Source: Eledone cirrhosa
Lineage: Eukaryota
Reading direction: 5' to 3'
NCBI GenBank assembly: GCA_964016885.1
Contig: OZ024742.1
Span: 138,570,001 to 138,634,000 of the forward strand
DNA: 64,000 nucleotides
Below are positions 12,950 to 26,010 of the stretch, in pieces. Position 1 is the first letter of the stretch; each line of letters starts with the position of its first letter. Position numbers and translations under genes: made by a program. The notes beneath the pieces were generated by a model. It searched no databases. It saw only the letters and a list, made by a program, of their open reading frames with translations, and was not told the DNA's origin.

Positions 12950-14135
12950 TACAATATGGCCATTGATAATCATCAGCCTTCTTTCCACACAAGGAATTTT
13001 GTAAACTGATAATCATATGTTATGCTAAGCAGCAATGGGATTTTTCGATGTATTCTCTGTTACAAGCAAATATCAGTAAACACGTTTGGTTTTAGGTTTT
13101 AAAATAGCTATTATTATTGTATGTTGCTTATTTAACCATGCCTGGGATGTAAATCAACTTCATTCTTACATATGCTATAGCATAGCAAGTGGGGTTAGTA
13201 AAGTGATTCTTTGGATGACGATGATGTTGCAGTAAATAATAATAATACAGAAGTTGACAAAGAAAACACATAAAACTGGCCCGAAGCACTGGCCTAAATG
13301 CTGAGAGGGAGGGATATCTAATTGCAGCGTAGGACCAAAGTCTACCCACCAGTAACTAACAGAAGTACCTGATGAACAAAGCACAATAAGTAAATATAGA
13401 ATATGTGGATATAGGGAAGAAACAATCAACCACACAGTCTCTGAATGCCCAGCTCTAGCCAAAAGAGAATATATCCACAAGCAAGATAGAGTTGGGTCCT
13501 TCATACACTGGAGGTTATGCCAACATTATGAAATACCGACAGAAAAAATATGGTTCAAAAACACCAGAAAAAAGTGTCAGAGAATGACAAAGTAACCATT
13601 CTCTGGGATAATACATACAGACAGATATATCAAGGCCAACCAGCCAGATGTCAGACCACGGCCCTTTATGGTCTAAGTTCAAATCCCGCTGAGGTTAACT
13701 TTGCCTTTCATCCTTACGGGGTCGATAAAATAAAGCACCAGTAATTCACTGGCTTAGTTGCTGGCCTTGTGCCAAATGTAGAAACAATTAAAGTCAAAGA
13801 CCATAAAGAAAGAAAAATGCCTCCTAATAGAGGTATCAGACGACAATATATCTTCCAATGAAATAGAGAAACTCTCCAAATATAAAGATCTACATATAGA
13901 AATAACTCGAAAGTGGAAAATGAAAACATAAACAATACCTATAATAATAGCTTATCTGAGAATGATAAAAAAAAACACAAACAAATACATAGCCAAAACC
14001 CCAGGACTTACAAATATATACAGTATACAAAAGATAGCACTGCTAGGCACTGCAAATATATTATGAAAAGTACTATGAATACAATTGAAACAACATCAGC
14101 AAAAACTAAACTGCTCATACCCAAGGCGCACAGAG
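12950..14135 (+). mobile_element. R4/Dong-like (restriction-like endonuclease) LINE 3' remnant, interrupted by a SINE
   Basis: Translation of 13400-13650 gives ICGYREETINHTVSECPALAKREYIHKQDRVGSFIHWRLC...ENDKVTILWD...IKANQPD, i.e. CCHC, RHD-like and PD motifs typical of RLE LINEs. Confidence 0.7.
13657..13790 (+). mobile_element. Deu/Nin-core SINE (5'-truncated)
   Basis: B box, core and tail match 6557-6751. Confidence 0.85.
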
Positions 14136-14171
14136 CTGTGCTCGGTAAAGCAGTAACGATACGCAATAAAA

Positions 14172-14352
14172 ATAATTGTTTCTACTTTTGGCACAAGGCC
14201 AGCAATTACCCAGTGCATTACTGGTACTTTATGTTATCGACCCCGTAAGGATGAAAGGCAAAGTCAACCTCGGCGGGATTTGAACTCAGATCGTAAAGGG
14301 ACGTAACTATGCTGGAAAGCATGGCGTCCGACCCTCTACCGATACTGCCAAT
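14172..14352 (-). mobile_element. Deu/Nin-core SINE (full length)
   Basis: Reverse complement of 6557-6735. Confidence 0.9.
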
Positions 14353-14387
14353 TCACCATAATAATGGAAATAATAATGGTTTCTTAT

Positions 14388-14490
14388 ATAGTGCATTTCT
14401 GGTGCTTTGTTTTATCGACCCCATAAGGATGAAAGGCAAAGTTAGCCTCGGCAAGATTTGAACACAGAACGTAAAGGGCCGTAACTCCAC
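14388..14490 (-). mobile_element. Deu/Nin-core SINE (partial)
   Basis: Core and B box on the minus strand. Confidence 0.8.
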
Positions 14491-14500
14491 CACCAATACT

Positions 14501-17500
14501 AATAATAATAATGGTTTCTTTATTGGCCACAAGGGCTGACACTAAGAAAAACATTAGAGACGGCACAGAACAGTACAGGACGATACAAAGTGGGTTTTGG
14601 TCGTGTAAACAGGTTGTAACAAAATTGTGCTAGAAATCAAAAAAATTCAAACAACAAAAATTCCCCAAATAGGGGGAAACCTCCGAAGGTCATTCGTGGC
14701 GAAAACCACACTAAAAGGCTACGGCCACCTCAGTTTTCCCACTCCTCAGTCTACAGGCGCATACTCAGAGCGGGCCCGTTCACTCGGACCAGACTTGCCA
14801 CTTTCACCCACCTTTCAACAAATTTACTAGAAGACAGCACTTGCCTCTCCACCCTGATTTTCCTCTTCAAGTGAAACTTGAAAAAGTTAATCAGTGATTG
14901 GCCGAAGAGGAAAGTGTCCGTCTTCAACCCTTTCAACCTTGTCCACCACACAATCTCTTTCGCCATGGCCACCAGGTAGATGAAAACTGCCTGCCCTTCC
15001 TCCTCTTTAGAGGAAGATGGCGGGGCAATCTGCACAATGGACACAGTCGATAACCGGATCCGTCCTACACGCGACAGCAGCTGTTCGACTTAGCTCCCCA
15101 AGTCAGCAATCCTCGGGCACTAAACGAGTGCGTGCAGGTCGGTTTCGTCGCCCTGCGCGCATCTCGGACAGGCTCGGCTGACAGCACCTCCTTGCCTGTA
15201 GAGCTTATCCCAAACCGGCAACGCTCCCCGGTAGCACTGCCAGGCCAGGGATTTCTAGAAGTTGTCCATAGGCCTCGGTCTGAAAGTTCTCTTGAAAGAG
15301 CGAACAGCTGATCGTCTTCGACGCCCAGGGTTTCCACGCGAACGTCGTCGCTCTTTCCCTCCACTAGCCCTCTATAGAACGCCGAGGTGGATGTTCCACC
15401 GATACTAGTGCCCAGCTGGTAGAGGGCGGTGAGCTCTAGGAGACATTCCAGCATCCAAGCGTTATCCCTCGGTATTTTCCTGATCCAGGACTGCAGCTCC
15501 GTCAAGGAGACAAGCTGGGGAAAAGCGCGTCTGGTAAATGGTGACCACACCTGTTCACCGTCAAGGAAGCACCAGAGATGTCGCAGCCTCAGCGCATGTT
15601 TGCGCATCATCAGGCAGGGCATGCCTAGTCCTCCACGCAACTGGTGCTGATGACAAATGGATCGTCTGACCATGGGAGCGCGTCCCTTCTACAAAAATCG
15701 GAAGAGAAAGCGCTCCATTTTGGTCAGAGTTGGGCGGGGGCAAGGACGGACGCTATGTACGCATTCGCCACCTCCACCCGACCTTTCAGAGACAGCCTCC
15801 TCTCGGCCCATTTCTGGGTGAGAGGCCACCCTGCTCGTCACCTCGTTCCAGTTTTTCTCCATCTGGAGGTCCGGACCGAACCAGACCCCGAACAATTTAA
15901 CTGGTCCTTCCGTCCAGCGCCCCACGACGCTGTCGGACGGCATGGACTTGCCTCTCCAGGTGCCGAGTTGCAAGCTCACCAACTTTTCCTGGTTTATATT
16001 TGCTCCTGTCACCGCTTCGTATTCCTTGAGAGCCGTGCCAAGCATCAGGACGTGTTTGGTGCTCGACACCACCACGGGGACGTCGTTGACGTAAGCTGAC
16101 ACGGTTCTTCCGCATCCTAGTTCGCGTGGCCCTCCCTCACTGTCTCCAATTTGTGCAGCAGCGGCTCTAGGGCCAGTACGTACAAGAGGGACGAGAGGGG
16201 CAACCCTGGCGGACCGAGCGCATGATGCTGAAAGGCTGACCATTCACCCTATACATCGATCAGATGTCGCTGTGTATGGCAGCGATCCAGCCCCTATAAA
16301 CGGGCCCGAAGCCGGCCGCCTCCAGGACTGGAGCCAGGTACCGATGGTCGACCCTATCAAATACTTTAGATGGATCTAAGTTGATCAGGACCCCACCCGT
16401 GCCAGGTTCTTTAACCACCCTCTCTATGATGTATCGCATGAGATGGAGGTTGTCGTGGATGGATCTTTCTGGAATGGCGCATGTCTGTGCTTCTCCCACC
16501 AGATCACCGACGACAAGCGCCAATCTCTTTGCTAACACCTTAGCCAAAATTTTAAACTCTGCGTTTAACAGAGTTATGGGCCTGAAGTTGTCTATAACAT
16601 CCCCCTTGTTCGGGTCTTTTCTCAGCAGCGCCACCGCTCCCCGACTCAGAAAACTGGGAATGCTCCCGTTTTGCTTCCAGTTGCAGTACACAACTGCCAA
16701 GAGGTCGCCGAACAAGTCTGGCATATACGCATAAAGCTCGTAGGGCAGACCATCCAAACCTGGCGATTTACCCCTCGTGCAGTCAGACATCGCTTCCAGT
16801 ATTTCACCTGCTTTCATCGGCTTTTCGAAGCACAGCGCTGCGGTCGTCGAGAGCCGCGGCAGTCCGTCGAGGTATGCACCGACTTCCATACTCCGATCTG
16901 GCCCGCCACCGCTCCCGAACAATTGAGCAAAGTGATGTTGAAAAGCCGCACACATCTGCTCGGGTTCGAGCAACATGCGCCCGTTTTGATCAGGCAAAGG
17001 CCGAATTGTGGACTTGTTGCCACGTCGCGCCTCCACCACCCGGGCCAATTGAACGGCCTTCGTCCCCTCGTTTCTTAGAGCACGCGCTCTAGCTCTGACA
17101 ACGCAGCCTTCATGCTTTGCGTTGAAGAATTGGTCGCGTACCAATCTCGCCGCAAGCTCGTCGGTTGCGATGCCTGTCCTAAACGCCTCTTCTAGCTTTC
17201 TGTCCTAAACGCCTCTTTCTAACTCTCCCTCTACTTTATTTTCCTCTATCACTACTCCTTTGTTAAACCTTATCGATTCTACTCTAATAGCCCTTTTCAG
17301 GGTAAACTACCACCTGTTGTTTACGATCGCACCCGTCAACGCACGCTTAACAAATTCGCTAATCCGGTCTCTGTAAGCTTTGCGTGCCGGGAATGACGCG
17401 CTGAGCTTCCAGTAGCCGGGCCCTTACCTATGGAGTCTATCTAAGTCAACTTCACAGATCACAAATTTGTGGTCCGTGTAGTCGACTACTTTAAATTGTG

Positions 17501-17942
17501 GACAACCTACACTAGCCTTATCTGTTTCCGTACATAATACCCTATCTAAATACGATCTAGATGATCCGATGCGGTTTGCCCATGTCCACATTGGAACATT
17601 TGGACAATCCAGTCTATACCTGTCAGACAGTTCAAAACGTCTGAGCAGGTTGTTGAGGTTTTTACACCCTCCTTCCCTGTCTACTAGCCCCACATAATCC
17701 CAGCGTGCATCTAAGATACTGTTCCAGTCGCCCACTAACACTAAAGAGCGGGACTTTCCAAAAAAGGTCTCTAGACGTCTGAACAAATCTGGCCGTCCTG
17801 CCCCTGTTGGGGCGTAGACGGCTACTAGCCTGAAAGCATTGCCTTCGCTGCCAGTCACGTCCAGCACCACCGACTTACCTTCTGGGTCCAGGAAGATGGT
17901 CCGTATGGCGATATTCAAGCCTCTCCGAAAAAGCACGGCAAA
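14501..17942 (-). mobile_element. Tx1-clade LINE copy 3 (5'-truncated within the endonuclease, frameshifted)
   Basis: Minus-strand ORFs 17424-17960, 16260-17144, 15689-16243, 15065-15673 and 14751-15044 match ORF2; RT motif degenerated to YVND; 3' end CCCTTGTGGCCAATAAAGAAACC(ATT)n. Confidence 0.9.
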
Positions 17943-17959
17943 TGTTAATAAAACAAACA

Positions 17960-18440
17960 TTTAAATATACAAACATAATTCCCCAAAGTTGAAGAGACTC
18001 TAATGGTCACTCGAGGAGAAATCACAGAAAGAAGCCACAGTCACCTGTTCGCTCGGGCAAAGTGCCCTCTCCCAATTGTTTTCCTTCATACGGACCATGC
18101 TTGCCACTCTCACGGAACTCAACAAACTGTTTGAGTCATCACTTCTCTCTCCACCCTTATTTTCCTCTCCAAGTGAAACCTGAAAAAGTTAATCAGGGCT
18201 TCGCCGAGGAGGAAGGTGACTGTCTTCAAGAATTTCAAACGCGTCTACCTTACAGCCCCTTTTGTCATGGCCATCAGGCAGATAAAATTTCATGGACTTC
18301 CAAATTAAAGGAAGATGGCGGGGTGATCTTCACAATGGACTCCGTTGAGAGTCGGATCCGTCCTACATGTAACACCAGGTGTTCAACATCTACAGGTGAA
18401 CAATATATGTCCCACATAAGGAAGGCAGTTTGCCAGCGTC
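17960..18440 (-). mobile_element. Older Tx1 3'-end fragment
   Basis: Degenerate match to the ORF2 C-terminus (VGRIRLSTESIVKITPPSSF..INFFRFHLERKIRVERE) and 3' UTR. Confidence 0.75.
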
Positions 18441-18479
18441 GAGTACCTCTTCAAAAGAGAAGCATCCCGTCAGAGTGAG

Positions 18480-18800
18480 ATCTTTGTCTTATATCCGACA
18501 TACTTCCCAAGAACTACCAGACTATGAACACCGGTCGTTCCGTCGAGCCTGAACATCTGGTGGATCTTGGCTTGCCTTGTACTTGAAAACCCCGAAACAT
18601 TCCACGAAGTAAAAAGCAGCAAAATAGAAAGTTGGACTGGGATAAACCTGAAGATTCTGCTTCAGGTGACGTAAACATTTTTTTAAATCTCGGACGGCAT
18701 ACAACTGTCCAATGGGGTCGAGATCAGAATAAACAAAGAAAGCAAAAAGCCAAAATGCCATTTTGTGGCACCATGAGCCTCGTAAGAGCCTTCTGCTCCA
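18480..18800 (-). mobile_element. Probable Tx1 ORF1 remnant
   Basis: Weak similarity to the ORF1 middle region of copies 1 and 2. Confidence 0.4.
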
Positions 18801-19079
18801 CAGAATTATTAGGCCAACTATACAACCAGTACCACAGACTCATCAACAATGACAGTGTGCCATATACACAACAGTATCAATGACAACAGGTATACCAAAT
18901 ATATCAGTAGAGATCAAAACAACAACACCAACAACTACACCAACAGCTGTAAAACCTTCATGACCAGCAGCAGCGACAACACAAGAACAAAACCATCATC
19001 ACTATTACCAACATCAACAAGAAAAACAATAGAAAAGACCATCAACAAAACCACTCCTGTGGTCTCTCAGCCTACCTCA

Positions 19080-19693
19080 CGTTAAGCGCTCATTCAAGCA
19101 TACACGAACACACATAGATACTCACACACACAAGTACAATCGCACTCATATCCAAGGCAGATTCCACAGATACTGGAACCTCTTCATCTCAAAGTGACGA
19201 TTGGGACCCCCCCCCCCCCCCACACACACACACAAAGAAAAAAGAAAAAAAGGAAAACATACAAAAAACACTTTACCTCAACAGACACTACAGAAAACAC
19301 AGAGAACGACCCATAAAAATACATATATATGTATAAGATCTGACTCACCAACATTACAACTGCCAACAAAACATCGCCACCACAACTAAAAACACTCCGA
19401 CAACCGCAACTACCCCAAAGCCAAAAAGAAAACATGCCCAACAACAATCAATCTCACAGACGCTGAATTTCAAGTTAGTGAGGTGGGCCATTGAAGAACT
19501 GGTGGTCTTCATAACACGAAGATAATGGAATTGTTTGTCATCAACACGTTTAAGATGCCATATATATTACTAAAGGTCTCTAGATACATAAATACATTAG
19601 GGAGAGTTTCATCCACGACGTGGGAACCCCTAATATAAAAGCCACCATTAGGTTTTTAAAAAAGTTCTCAAAGTAAACCCAAGCAGATATGGA
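19080..19693 (+). mobile_element. Tx1 ORF1 3' fragment, left half of an element split by the hAT insertion
   Basis: GACGTGGGAACCCC...AAAGTAAACCC aligns with 3337-3401 of copy 1; the alignment resumes at 23400. Confidence 0.7.
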
Positions 19694-20303
19694 CAGTGAC
19701 GGACTGGCCAGGTTGCTAGGTTGCCCAATGGCAAGTGGGCCCCAGTGGGTTCACGGTAGCATTGTAAGAGCCCGCAGTAGCATTGCAGGGCCCACTGTAG
19801 TATTCTAGGGGTCAATGTTTTGCTTTCAAAAAACCGATTGGACTTAAGTCCTCTGGACAAATAAGTCGTAAAATCCTTTCGGATTATCTCCCTTTCCCTT
19901 CTCCCTCTCACTTCCGGTTTCTCCGTCTTTCTCTCTCTCTACACTCACTTTGCTGAGATCGCACGGAAAAACATCGCTCCGCAGTTATTTGACCAGAGGA
20001 CTTAAATCCAATCGTTTCTTTGTAATTTATTCTATTTACTCCTCGGTTACTCACTTGCATGTGCCACACTCCTGTGATCCGCCTCCATTCGGTTTGTTTA
20101 CTTCGTTTTTTTCCTCTTTTTTCTCTTTCTTCCTCTCTCTTCACTAATTTTCTTTTCTTTCCCTCATGGCCTTTTGATCGATAAAAGGCATTGGGCGCGC
20201 TGCTGATCGATTTCGATGTCCTGTTTTAAGCGCCGAAATATTTATGATCACAGTTAAGAGCTATTTACGTCCATATTACTATCTTTCACTATATATATAT
20301 ATA

Positions 20304-22139
20304 CTAGCAGCTGAGCCCGGTTGCACCCGGGGCCACTTTTTATTAAGTTAATAATTTTAAAAATATTATTGAAAGTTTATTATAAAGAAGCAGTATCAGG
20401 GGGAAAAAATGGTATTACCCGGATTACCACAAATGTAGAGATTTTGTGGACTGCTGACGCATGAGCACCCGACGTATAGTTGACCGTGGGTAAATACCTG
20501 CTGTATCCGATTTAGGCCAACTACTTGCAGCGACTGTCCCTGTGCCTTGTTGATACTCATTGCAAAGCAGAGTTTTACGGGAAACTGCCGTCTCGTAAAA
20601 TCAAATGCGACGTCAGAGGGACTAAGGCTTATGGGGGATAATAACTTTGTCTCGCCAGCAGACGGTCCGCTCAGAATTTTTGTCGTAAGAATTCGTGTCC
20701 CAATTTTTTTGATGATCAGACGCGTCCCGTTGCATAGTTCTGGTGGTTCCACGTTTCTTAGCAGCATAACTGGAACACCAACCTTCAGTCTAAGGTCATG
20801 AGGTGGAAGTCCGGGAGGTTGTTGACTGTTGAGGAATTCAATCGGATAGTTGACGGCGTCGTCCGCGTTTTTGTTGGTGTCAATTGACTTGAAGGAGACT
20901 TCACCTCCTGGAATCTGATCAAGCAGGTGTTGATTCATTGCGTCAACGGTGGCATTATGTGGTGCTAAAATAGCTCTCCCTTGCAGCCAGTTGTGATCAA
21001 GGAATCGTTCTTCGAGGTCTGGGAAAACAGATGACATTAATTCCTCTATGCTTGATACAAAGTTTCCAAACGGCAGACGGATGTACTGTTCATCAATTCC
21101 AAGTGTAGTTCCATTACCAACTTCCACTAGCTGTTTTGAGAAATACTCAGATTCTGCGTCGCCATGCACATGCACTCTCATGTTAGTAGTCAGGTTTAGT
21201 TTCTGGACATACTGCCATAAGTAGGAAAACTTGATGCATGCGTTAACTTCGTCAGCTCTAGTGCCTCTAGTGATTACAGGAAGAGTCTGCCGAAAATCGC
21301 CAGCCATCAGTACTGTCTCTCCACCCATTACGTGTGAATTTCGACGCAAGTCCTTGAGAGTTCGGTCTAGAGCCTCAAACGCTGCTTTGTGACTCATTGT
21401 AGCCTCATCCCAAATGATTAAACAGCACTCAGAAAGAAGGTATCCTTTAGAGTCTCCACGATTTATTCTGCAGGTAGGATTCTCCTTCTTTGCAAGGTCC
21501 ATAGGCAATTGGAATGCGGAGTGTGTTGTACGACCGCCATGTAACTGTGTCGCCTCAATACCACTTGAGGCGACCGCTAAAGCAATCTGCCTGTCTTTCC
21601 GCAGCTTCGCAAGCAGTAGGTTTTTGAGAAAGATTTTTCCTGTTCCGCCTGGAGCATCCAAGAAGAATAGCCGTCCCTCATTTGAAATGACACTGGCAAG
21701 AATTCTGTCATACGCCCGTCTCTGTTCAGGCAAAAGTCTGGGTTCATCTTGAGCAACCTTATCTGTCAATTCCTCGATGTTGTAATTCAACTCAAGCATG
21801 AACTCCACATCTAAAGCACCGTCTTTATGTACAGGTTGTGGCAAACCGAATTCTAATACACCGCCAACTCCAACAGATCTTAGACATTTATCCATGTCAA
21901 CGAGGGCCTCATTGTATACATTGGCGTTGTAATGAAAACAGGGGGAAATAACTCACCGAAAGCGATAGTAAATAGACCGTTTTGGGGCCCTAGGGACCAC
22001 ATTTTTCAAGTTAGAGATTTGCTTCCTTGGCACTTTTTACATAGGTGTGTAAATTTTCATGTCCGTCCGACCACGTCTACTACCATTTAACCGTGCACAC
22101 AGAATTTCAACCACCACCCATTTCACAAATATATATTAC

Positions 22140-22140
<1 letters not shown>
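20304..22140 (-). mobile_element. Internally deleted Helitron
   Basis: 3' terminus CTAG (20304-20307) next to (TA)n, preceded by hairpin CCCGGGTGCAACCGGG; carries a Pif1 helicase but no HUH/Rep domain. The 5' end is approximate. Confidence 0.8.
20396..21895 (-). pseudogene. Helitron Pif1-family helicase domain (open frame, catalytic motifs altered)
   Basis: LDAPGGTGKI (Walker A GKT>GKI), IIWDEATM, GDFRQTLPV, MLLRN..LCNGTR, RRQFP..FAMSINKAQGQSL, HGQLYVGCSCV (SRV>SCV). Confidence 0.9.
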
Positions 22141-22392
<252 letters not shown>

Positions 22393-22684
22393 TGTGTGAG
22401 AGTGAAAGACCAAAGATCATTATTGAAAGTCTCTGGATTTCGCAAAATACATATCTTTTATTGGAGAAGGTAAGATATTTTTCCGCAAAAATTTGATTGC
22501 ACTGTTTTTTGAAAATGTTATTTATTCATTATAAAAATTGAATGCTAGCATTCTATATGTACGAGAGAAAGAGAGAAGGGGGGACGAGGTGGAAAGAAAT
22601 GAAACATGGATTACAGGTTAAAATATAGTCTAGATAGATGTGAAACAAAATGAGGATGTAGTTTATTGAACACCCAAATGATTT

Positions 22685-23141
22685 AGAAGTCGACCTTAAG
22701 TAGGAACAATAACATTGAGAAAGAGATGAACGACACCACTACACTTTCTTTTGAAAATTTTGAATGTAGGTTTATAAGTATGAATTTTAATATGAGTTTC
22801 GTAGTTGTCTCTGTGGCCTAGCGGTAGGTACCAGAGACGGTGGAGATCCTGACCTTGGGTTCAATCCTGGTCAAGAGGTACATGTAACCTTTTTCGGTTT
22901 TTATTTTATAACCTATAGAAAAAAAACTGAAAAGGTTTACTGGGAACCCTACTGCCGTTCAGGATCGAACTTCAGACCAGGATCACCACCGTCTACGCTT
23001 CCTCCAACTAGGCCGCCGAAACAGCTACGAAAGTATATTGAAAATTGATAATTATATACCTACTTTCAAAATCAAAGTTAAAAAGATATGGTGTCGTTCA
23101 TGTTTTCTTAGAGCTATTAGGAATATTTTGGGTCGACTTCT
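22685..23141. repeat. Diverged palindrome with two convergent tRNA-like Pol III units
   Basis: Outer arms AGAAGTCGACC/GGTCGACTTCT and ATGAACGACACCA/TGGTGTCGTTCAT. Plus strand: A box 22814-22824, B box 22858-22867. Minus strand: A box 23004-23015, B box 22962-22971. T-runs at the centre. Confidence 0.75.
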
Positions 23142-23399
23142 GGTCATTATTGAAAGTCTCTGGATTTCGCAAAATACATATTTTTTATTGGAAAAAAATA
23201 TTATGTATTTGATTGCACTGTGTTACAAAAATTTGATTGCATTGCTTTGCAAAAATTTGATTGCACTGTTTTGTTTCCTCTTATGTATTTTTCAAAAATG
23301 TTATTTATTCATTATAAAAATTAAATGATAATATTCTATATGTAGGTAGGCCCCCTTCATCACCTGGCAACCAATATTTTTAGACCTAGTCCGCCACTG

Positions 23400-23745
23400 G
23401 ATATCGAGGACAAACAACTCGATATCCAAGGGGTCCGGGAGAGTAAGTAACCACCTTCTTTCCTTTTTTATCCCTTAACCCTCTCCATCCAACTTGGTGA
23501 TCCTAAAAGTGAGTTATATAAATGCAAGTAGTCTGGGTTCGTCCTGGAAACAAATCCATGCACTCACTTAACTCAGGTCACTAGCTATAGATGTGACAGT
23601 CATCAGTGAGACCAGGATTTCCTACAGGCGGGTACTGGGCCACATTTTGAGGACTTTCGGATCGAGCCGTCTCCTAGTCGGACTGTATTGTGAGGCGGGA
23701 TGGCAGTGATGTTTAGGAAAGACCTTGCGCTCGAAATAGAAAACA
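23400..23745 (+). mobile_element. Tx1 ORF1 end / ORF2 start fragment (right half)
   Basis: GAGAGTAAGT junction, pyrimidine tract, then degenerate ILKVSYINASSLGSSWKQ..ISETRIS. Confidence 0.75.
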
Positions 23746-24269
23746 ATGCGAATGAGCAAACAAGCCAAATGTCAGATATAACTTTGAAAAAAGTGAGAGT
23801 AAAATAGTTAAGAATATATACTTGATAAATTTAGTTCCATTTAAATTTCTATATAGCTTATTTTGTTCAACCCAAAACATATAAGGGAACAGAAATACAA
23901 TTGTTAGATATTCCCTACAGTTTCCCCTTCCTTTTTCCCTTCAGCAATACCAACTTGGGAAAAATATATCGTTTTCCTTGTATTGTTTATATTATTAGAT
24001 AATTTATTTGTCCTGATATTTTTTTAATATTATTAGATATTTAGGAAACCGAAAATTGATCTTTATTTGAGAATTGTCCAAAATCTAGAAAAGAAAGGAA
24101 CAACAAATATTGACATAAGTAGAAAACTTAAATACATGACAAGTATATTTATAGTAGTATATTTTTTTCTTTTTTGAAACGATTACCTAACATGTTGAAG
24201 AATATACACAGATATTCAATTGTATGGCTAAGGGTGTTGAACTGCCTAGGGAGGTCTAAGTAATCTCAA

Positions 24270-24297
24270 CTTTATATATATATATATAAGCAGCGAT

Positions 24298-24329
<32 letters not shown>

Positions 24330-24387
24330 AAGCAGCGATTCTTTGCTTAAACTTTAATCTGTTATTTTAATAAATATATATACATAC

Positions 24388-24468
<81 letters not shown>

Positions 24469-24519
24469 CATATATATATATATATATACATATATAAATA
24501 TATATATATACATATATAA

Positions 24520-24550
<31 letters not shown>

Positions 24551-24565
24551 TATATATATATATAT

Positions 24566-24632
<67 letters not shown>

Positions 24633-24650
24633 TATATATATATATATATA
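24270..24650. repeat. (TA)n/(CA)n microsatellite with 3' fragments of the family B element
   Basis: AAGCAGCGATTCTTTGCTTAAACTTTAATCTGTTATTTTAAT matches 30650-30690 and 54128-54170. Confidence 0.85.
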
Positions 24651-25056
24651 TTGTAATCCTCGTGATTACACAAGTAGTGATTACACATGTAATTGGATAT
24701 TTGAAAAGAGACCTATTCATAAAACTAATAGAAATATATCATCATCGTCACAATTGCCAACAATTGCATCAAATATGTTTAAAATACTAAGAAAACTAAT
24801 GTTTACTCAAATGTGTTGAAATATTAAGTGATTTAGCAAAGTAATAATTTAGATGAGATGACGTTACTGCTTTCGTATATGCTTAAGAAAATTTTTTTTG
24901 TCATTGCAATATCGTCATTTTTCTAAAATCATGTTTGCAGACTAAAAGACGACCGTGATATAACAGTGTTACTCAAACATGACGGAAACAAACAAACAAA
25001 CAAAAAAACACCCTGCATCACCACCAGAAAAAACCCCACCGCATAACAATGCAAGT

Positions 25057-25110
25057 TGGCTTTCCTGATTATTTCCTTAGAATGAAACAGTTCAAGTCCT
25101 GTAGAAGCCA
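25057..25110 (+). ncRNA. Type I hammerhead motif, family A (core CUGAUUA, probably inactive)
   Basis: TGGCTTTC-CTGATTA-tttccttagaat-GAAA-CAG..CTG-TA-GAAGCCA; followed by the family A tail to about 25193. Confidence 0.6.
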
Positions 25111-25319
25111 TTTCTATATTAAATGTGTTGTATACACTCTACTAATGTATTGTGTACCTTACTTACTGCCGTTTCCCACGATGGAACCTGGGAGTCACAT
25201 ATTTATATATATATAAACATGTGTGTGTGTGTGTGTGTTTATATTTATGTATCTCTATGTATGTGAATCTTATAAATAAATAAATATATATAAGATATAT
25301 AAAGAGAGAGAGGGGGGGG

Positions 25320-25435
<116 letters not shown>

Positions 25436-25444
25436 ACAAATATT

Positions 25445-26010
25445 ATGAAATTTCGTTAGTTTTAATGACTGCTTCGATGCAGGGTCTGAAGTATCGGGAT
25501 GTCCGAATCAGGTGACCTCTATTAATACTAGACACTGTACTCATAATGGCGGACTTGAAAGATTCTATAGTGTTGTGAGGATGATGATTGACCTATCTTT
25601 CAACTACGTCCTATACGTAATCGTCTAGGGGATTAAGGTCTGGTAAGCTAGGAAGCCATGTGTCTAGAAGATTGTCAGGCATCCATGCTTGTGTCTTACT
25701 GGCCTTATGGGAGGGCAAGATTTCTTATTGTAAGACGATCAGTCATCCGATGCTTACTCTGTTTATCCAAGGCTTCAAAGCTGTCTCCAACACCTCTCTG
25801 TAGACACCACATTTGATTCTTAAACCCTGAGAAACAAATGACGAGGCAAGCCATTTTCTTTGCACGGACCAAAGGATTTTCTTTTGTCACACTCGACATA
25901 AACTGGCCTCTCCACATTACATACGAGTTGTATCGGACGACTTCATAGACAACTCTTCTGATGGTGCATTCTAAAACCTTAAGGTCCTTTGCAATGTCAC
26001 TGATTAATGT
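25445..26010 (-). mobile_element. Tc1/mariner (maT/DD37D-like) transposase remnant
   Basis: Minus strand gives ISDIAKDLKVLECTIRRVV (HTH-like) and WLPSLPDLNPLDDY (WPPxSPDLNPLD motif). Confidence 0.7.

Noticed and set aside
1458-17092. Antisense ORFs overlapping the Tx1 elements
   Set aside because: Shadow frames of GC-rich or low-complexity coding sequence with no recognisable motifs.
22808-22880. Bona fide tRNA gene
   Set aside because: A and B boxes are present but the anticodon stem does not pair; treated as a tRNA-like Pol III unit.
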